This document shows, piece after piece, positions 61,027 to 64,000 of a stretch of DNA of 64,000 nucleotides; within the stretch, counting starts at the first letter, position 1, and every line of letters starts with the position of its first letter. The stretch is from contig OZ024745.1 in the NCBI GenBank assembly GCA_964016885.1, forward strand, positions 6,448,001 to 6,512,000, written 5' to 3'. A program made the translations under genes and the position numbers. The notes below the pieces were generated by a model. It was not told the origin of the DNA. It worked only from the letters and a program-made list of their open reading frames with translations, and searched no databases. This DNA is from Eledone cirrhosa (Eukaryota).

Positions 61027-61200
61027 ACTAGAACACTGTTTCATACTTTAGAAATCATCAAGAATCTCTAGAGATTCCTGATGATTTCTAAAGAAAGAAA
61101 CAGTTCTAGTCCTGTAGAATCTCATCTATATTAAAACTTTTATACTCTGGTATGTATTGAGTACCTTACTTACTGTGGTTATCTCCGATTCAACGCGTAA
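61027..61200 (+). mobile_element. Hammerhead-bearing short repeat (same family as 53283 and 53763) with palindromic head
   Basis: Inverted repeat 61027-61110 centred on TCTAGA (61069/61070). The spacer 61126-61197 is the reverse-complement homolog of 53823-53891. It sits between two (TA)n tracts. Confidence 0.87.
61071..61123 (+). ncRNA. Type I hammerhead ribozyme with intact core; predicted cleavage after GUA (61116)
   Basis: GAGATTC-CTGATGA-TTTC taaa GAAA-GAAA-CAG ttctagtc CTGT-A-GAATCTC. Stem I is 7 bp, stems II and III are 4 bp each, and all core nucleotides are present (10.1:11.1 is U-A rather than G-C). Confidence 0.88.
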
Positions 61201-61208
61201 TAACTTAC

Positions 61209-61271
<63 letters not shown>

Positions 61272-61503
61272 TGCATACACACACACATAAAATGCAGATG
61301 TCATGTAGGCAATCATTTTTTAAATAGCAATAGTTGTAAAAATGATATTCATTTAGAAAGTGATTGTCAGTCATTGATATTCAACACGAGAACGAGAGAC
61401 GCTGTATATTACAAGACTAAAAGTAATTTATTAACAACTTGTTTATAAATATTTCGGAAGCAAAACTACTGATTATCCTGTGAAATTCAATATTCTCCAC
61501 TTG

Positions 61504-61552
<49 letters not shown>

Positions 61553-61593
61553 ATATATATATATAAACATATATATATAAACATATATACAAC

Positions 61594-61637
<44 letters not shown>

Positions 61638-61760
61638 ATTATCAACATAAATAAGAAAAATTAAATAGGAAAATTAAAATAGGAAAAAGAAAAAAAAGAT
61701 ATCTAAAAATACAAAATGAAATACTTCAGTCAATATAAATATTTCTTCTACAACTACATA

Positions 61761-61888
61761 AGCGCGGACGTGATTCTAGGTTCAGTCTCAATGTGGTAAA
61801 TAAGGCATGTGTCTTTTACTGTAGGGTCAAATTGATCAATGTCTTGTGAGAGGAGTTTAACTGACAGAAACCGCAGAATTCCGACATT
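61761..61888 (+). mobile_element. Second diverged, internally deleted copy of the tRNA-derived SINE
   Basis: B-box-like aggttcagtctc followed by gtgtcttttactgtag...cttgtgagaggagttt..gacagaaacc..agaa. It is colinear with 53160-53275 and runs into a microsatellite. Confidence 0.55.
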
Positions 61889-61922
<34 letters not shown>

Positions 61923-62059
61923 TACATACATACACACACACACACATACATACATACATACATACATACATACATACACACATACATACATACATACATA
62001 CATACATACATACATACATACATACATACATACATACATACATACATACATACATACAT
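61889..62059. repeat. (TACA)n microsatellite
   Basis: Direct inspection of the sequence. Confidence 0.95.
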
Positions 62060-62640
62060 GGTGGCTGCCAACACGTTTTCGAGTACGGCCACTACTTTAT
62101 ATCCATGTAGGAGAACGCCTACCGATGCGCTGAACGAGTGTGACTTTTTAGTCCAGCCAACGACTTGAAAACTCTGGTACAAACACTACACCTGTGACAA
62201 TTATTGACACATAGTGCTGGGCCCATGGTACCATGTGACGACAAGTGCAGAGAGATCAGCAGCTTTTATAGTGAGCAAAGGCACTGCACAAAGCCAGTCC
62301 CACTCTCTTAACCAAGATGATATTTACCAAAAAGAAGAACAAGTCAACATCATTGGATACCATCAGGGTTGCAGGTGTTATATCAGAGTTTTCCTTCTCC
62401 TAGAATTCTGCCTTGACAAAGGCTAAGGGGTCATCTCTCCCGGTGATTTTGGATGGTCATTGACTCTTAAGAGCTCCTTTGCCCTTTGACAGGTTTTGTT
62501 TTTAGTCCTGCAGGATGTCCAAAGTCACCCTCCTCACCAAGAAACCTTGGTGGGGTTGCCAGTTTAGTCGCCAACGACCCGACCATGAGACAGGTTGTAC
62601 TGGGATACATGTTACCAGTAGCACCAACTGGTGACCTGAC
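62060..62640 (-). mobile_element. Probable non-autonomous RTE-related element with (TGTA)n tail
   Basis: Non-coding, GC-richer segment bounded by TACA tracts. It shares a ~145-bp core (62271-62414) and the tggctgcc end with 62663-62912. The motif ctaggagaaggaaaactctgat resembles RTE 5'-UTR sequence (recalled, not searched). Confidence 0.5.
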
Positions 62641-62662
62641 ATACATACATATATACATACAT

Positions 62663-62912
62663 GATGGCTGCCCCTTCGTTATTATGTATGGCCTTTGCAC
62701 GATATACCATTATTAATAATTATTAATGCATTCGTGCAATGCCTGTGTGTGAAGATAATTTTTAAAGTGAGGAAAGACTGTGCACTGAGCCAATCCCACT
62801 CTCTGGGCGACAGTAGCTATAACCCGAAAAGAAGAAAAGATCAACATCATCGGTAACTACTGAGCCGCAGGTTTTATGTCGGAGTTATCCCAGTATCCTG
62901 AGTTGCCTTCTC
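62663..62912 (-). mobile_element. Shorter diverged relative of the 62060-62640 element
   Basis: gtgaggaaag...tgcac..agcca.tcccactctct...aaaagaagaa...tcaacatcat.gg...gcaggt.ttat.tc.gagtt.tcc...tgcctt aligns with 62271-62414. Confidence 0.55.
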
Positions 62913-63097
62913 CATACATACATACACACACACACTCACATACATACATACATACATACATACACACACACATACATACATACACACATGCATACACACA
63001 CACACACATACATACATACATACATACATACATACATACATACATACATACATACATACATACATACATACATACATACATACATACATACATACAT
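62913..63097. repeat. (TACA)n microsatellite, probably the 3' tail of the RTE LINE
   Basis: Directly abuts the 3' end of the minus-strand LINE. Confidence 0.9.
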
Positions 63098-64000
63098 GAG
63101 GATTGCAGCGTCTTCTCAGGCGATTGCCGTCTCTTATTGATTCTTCATTGTCATCCCATCTGTGTCCATGACTCTGTAGATGACTTTGTAGACCAGCTGC
63201 AGATCTGCATGGGTATGACACAGGTGACAGAAGAGAGTTGTGCTTTCCACAGGACCGGTGGTGTCACCCTGTGGGACACAATCTTTATGTACCACCATGT
63301 GTCTGTTTAGTCCGGAACTAGTTCTACACACTTTACTGCATATCACACACGTTGTTTCACCAGGTCTTTGTTGTGTGGTGTTGTGGGTGGTTATCCTTTC
63401 ATGTGACTTCAGGTGATATAACCAACCCTTGAGAGGAGTACACGCTGACAGAATGTGTATGTCCAGCTACTGATGACATCATCAAGACTGTGAGCACAGC
63501 CCTTCCCGGGCTGACACTTCAGACGACATTCCTCAAAAGTTTTGCAACTGCCCTTTATGCACTTTCTCCCCTCAGCCATATTTAGAGCTATCTCCTCACA
63601 GTTGTCTATATCAAATACCAGCTCTTTTAGATTGTTCTTGATGCTGTCCCTGAAACTCATTTTCGGTTTGTATTGAAGTCTTTTTCCAAGATGGAGCTCA
63701 CCGTAAAACAGTTGCTTCGGGATATTGCTTTCTTTCATGCAGACGATATGTCCTGTCCAGTGCATTTGAGAAGATGTTACTTGGGACTCAATGCTTGGAC
63801 ATTCTGCTTTGATAAGGACATGGATGTTAGGAGTTCTGTCTTGCCACTTGATGTTGAATATGTGCCTTAAACATTTCTGCTGAAAAGGTTCAAGCAATTT
63901 GGTGTGTTTGCAGAATAGGGCCCAGGTTTGGGCGGATTATAAAAGATCAGACACAACACATGATCTATACACACACACCTTAGTATTGCTGGTAATGTTG
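63098..64000 (-). mobile_element. Decayed RTE-clade non-LTR retrotransposon, 3' portion (continues beyond the window)
   Basis: TKVCVYRSCVVSDLL*SAQTW...LEPFQQKCLRHIFNIKWQDRTPN..VL......IE......MHWTGHIVCM....IPKQLFYGEL..GKR, the typical RTE post-RT region. Frameshifted C2H2 fingers follow, and there are in-frame stops. Confidence 0.92.

Overview
Gene-free, AT-rich animal genomic DNA, probably from an octopod cephalopod. That assignment is an inference from two diverged copies resembling a known octopus tRNA-derived SINE. Positions 1-48,253 are one continuous 23-bp satellite (GATATAGTATTATA[A/T]TACTGTCA, about 2,100 monomers). It has a palindromic core and a ~6.8-kb higher-order repeat (HOR) that can be traced with rare variants. 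The satellite ends abruptly in (TGG)n, purine-rich and (CCA)n simple repeats. The last ~12 kb is a mosaic of mobile-element remains set in (TA)n/(TACA)n microsatellites: a 74-bp tandem array, an 84-bp-arm foldback element, two different 5'-truncated Penelope-like GIY-YIG elements, an RTE LINE 3' end and two SINEs. The most notable feature is a cluster of type I hammerhead ribozyme motifs. These include a short non-coding ~123-nt hammerhead-bearing repeat family (retrozyme or Penelope-pLTR-like) found at three loci, each with an inverted head, and showing compensatory stem changes. No host protein-coding gene, tRNA, rRNA or CRISPR array is supported. All coordinates were counted by eye and may be off by a few bases.
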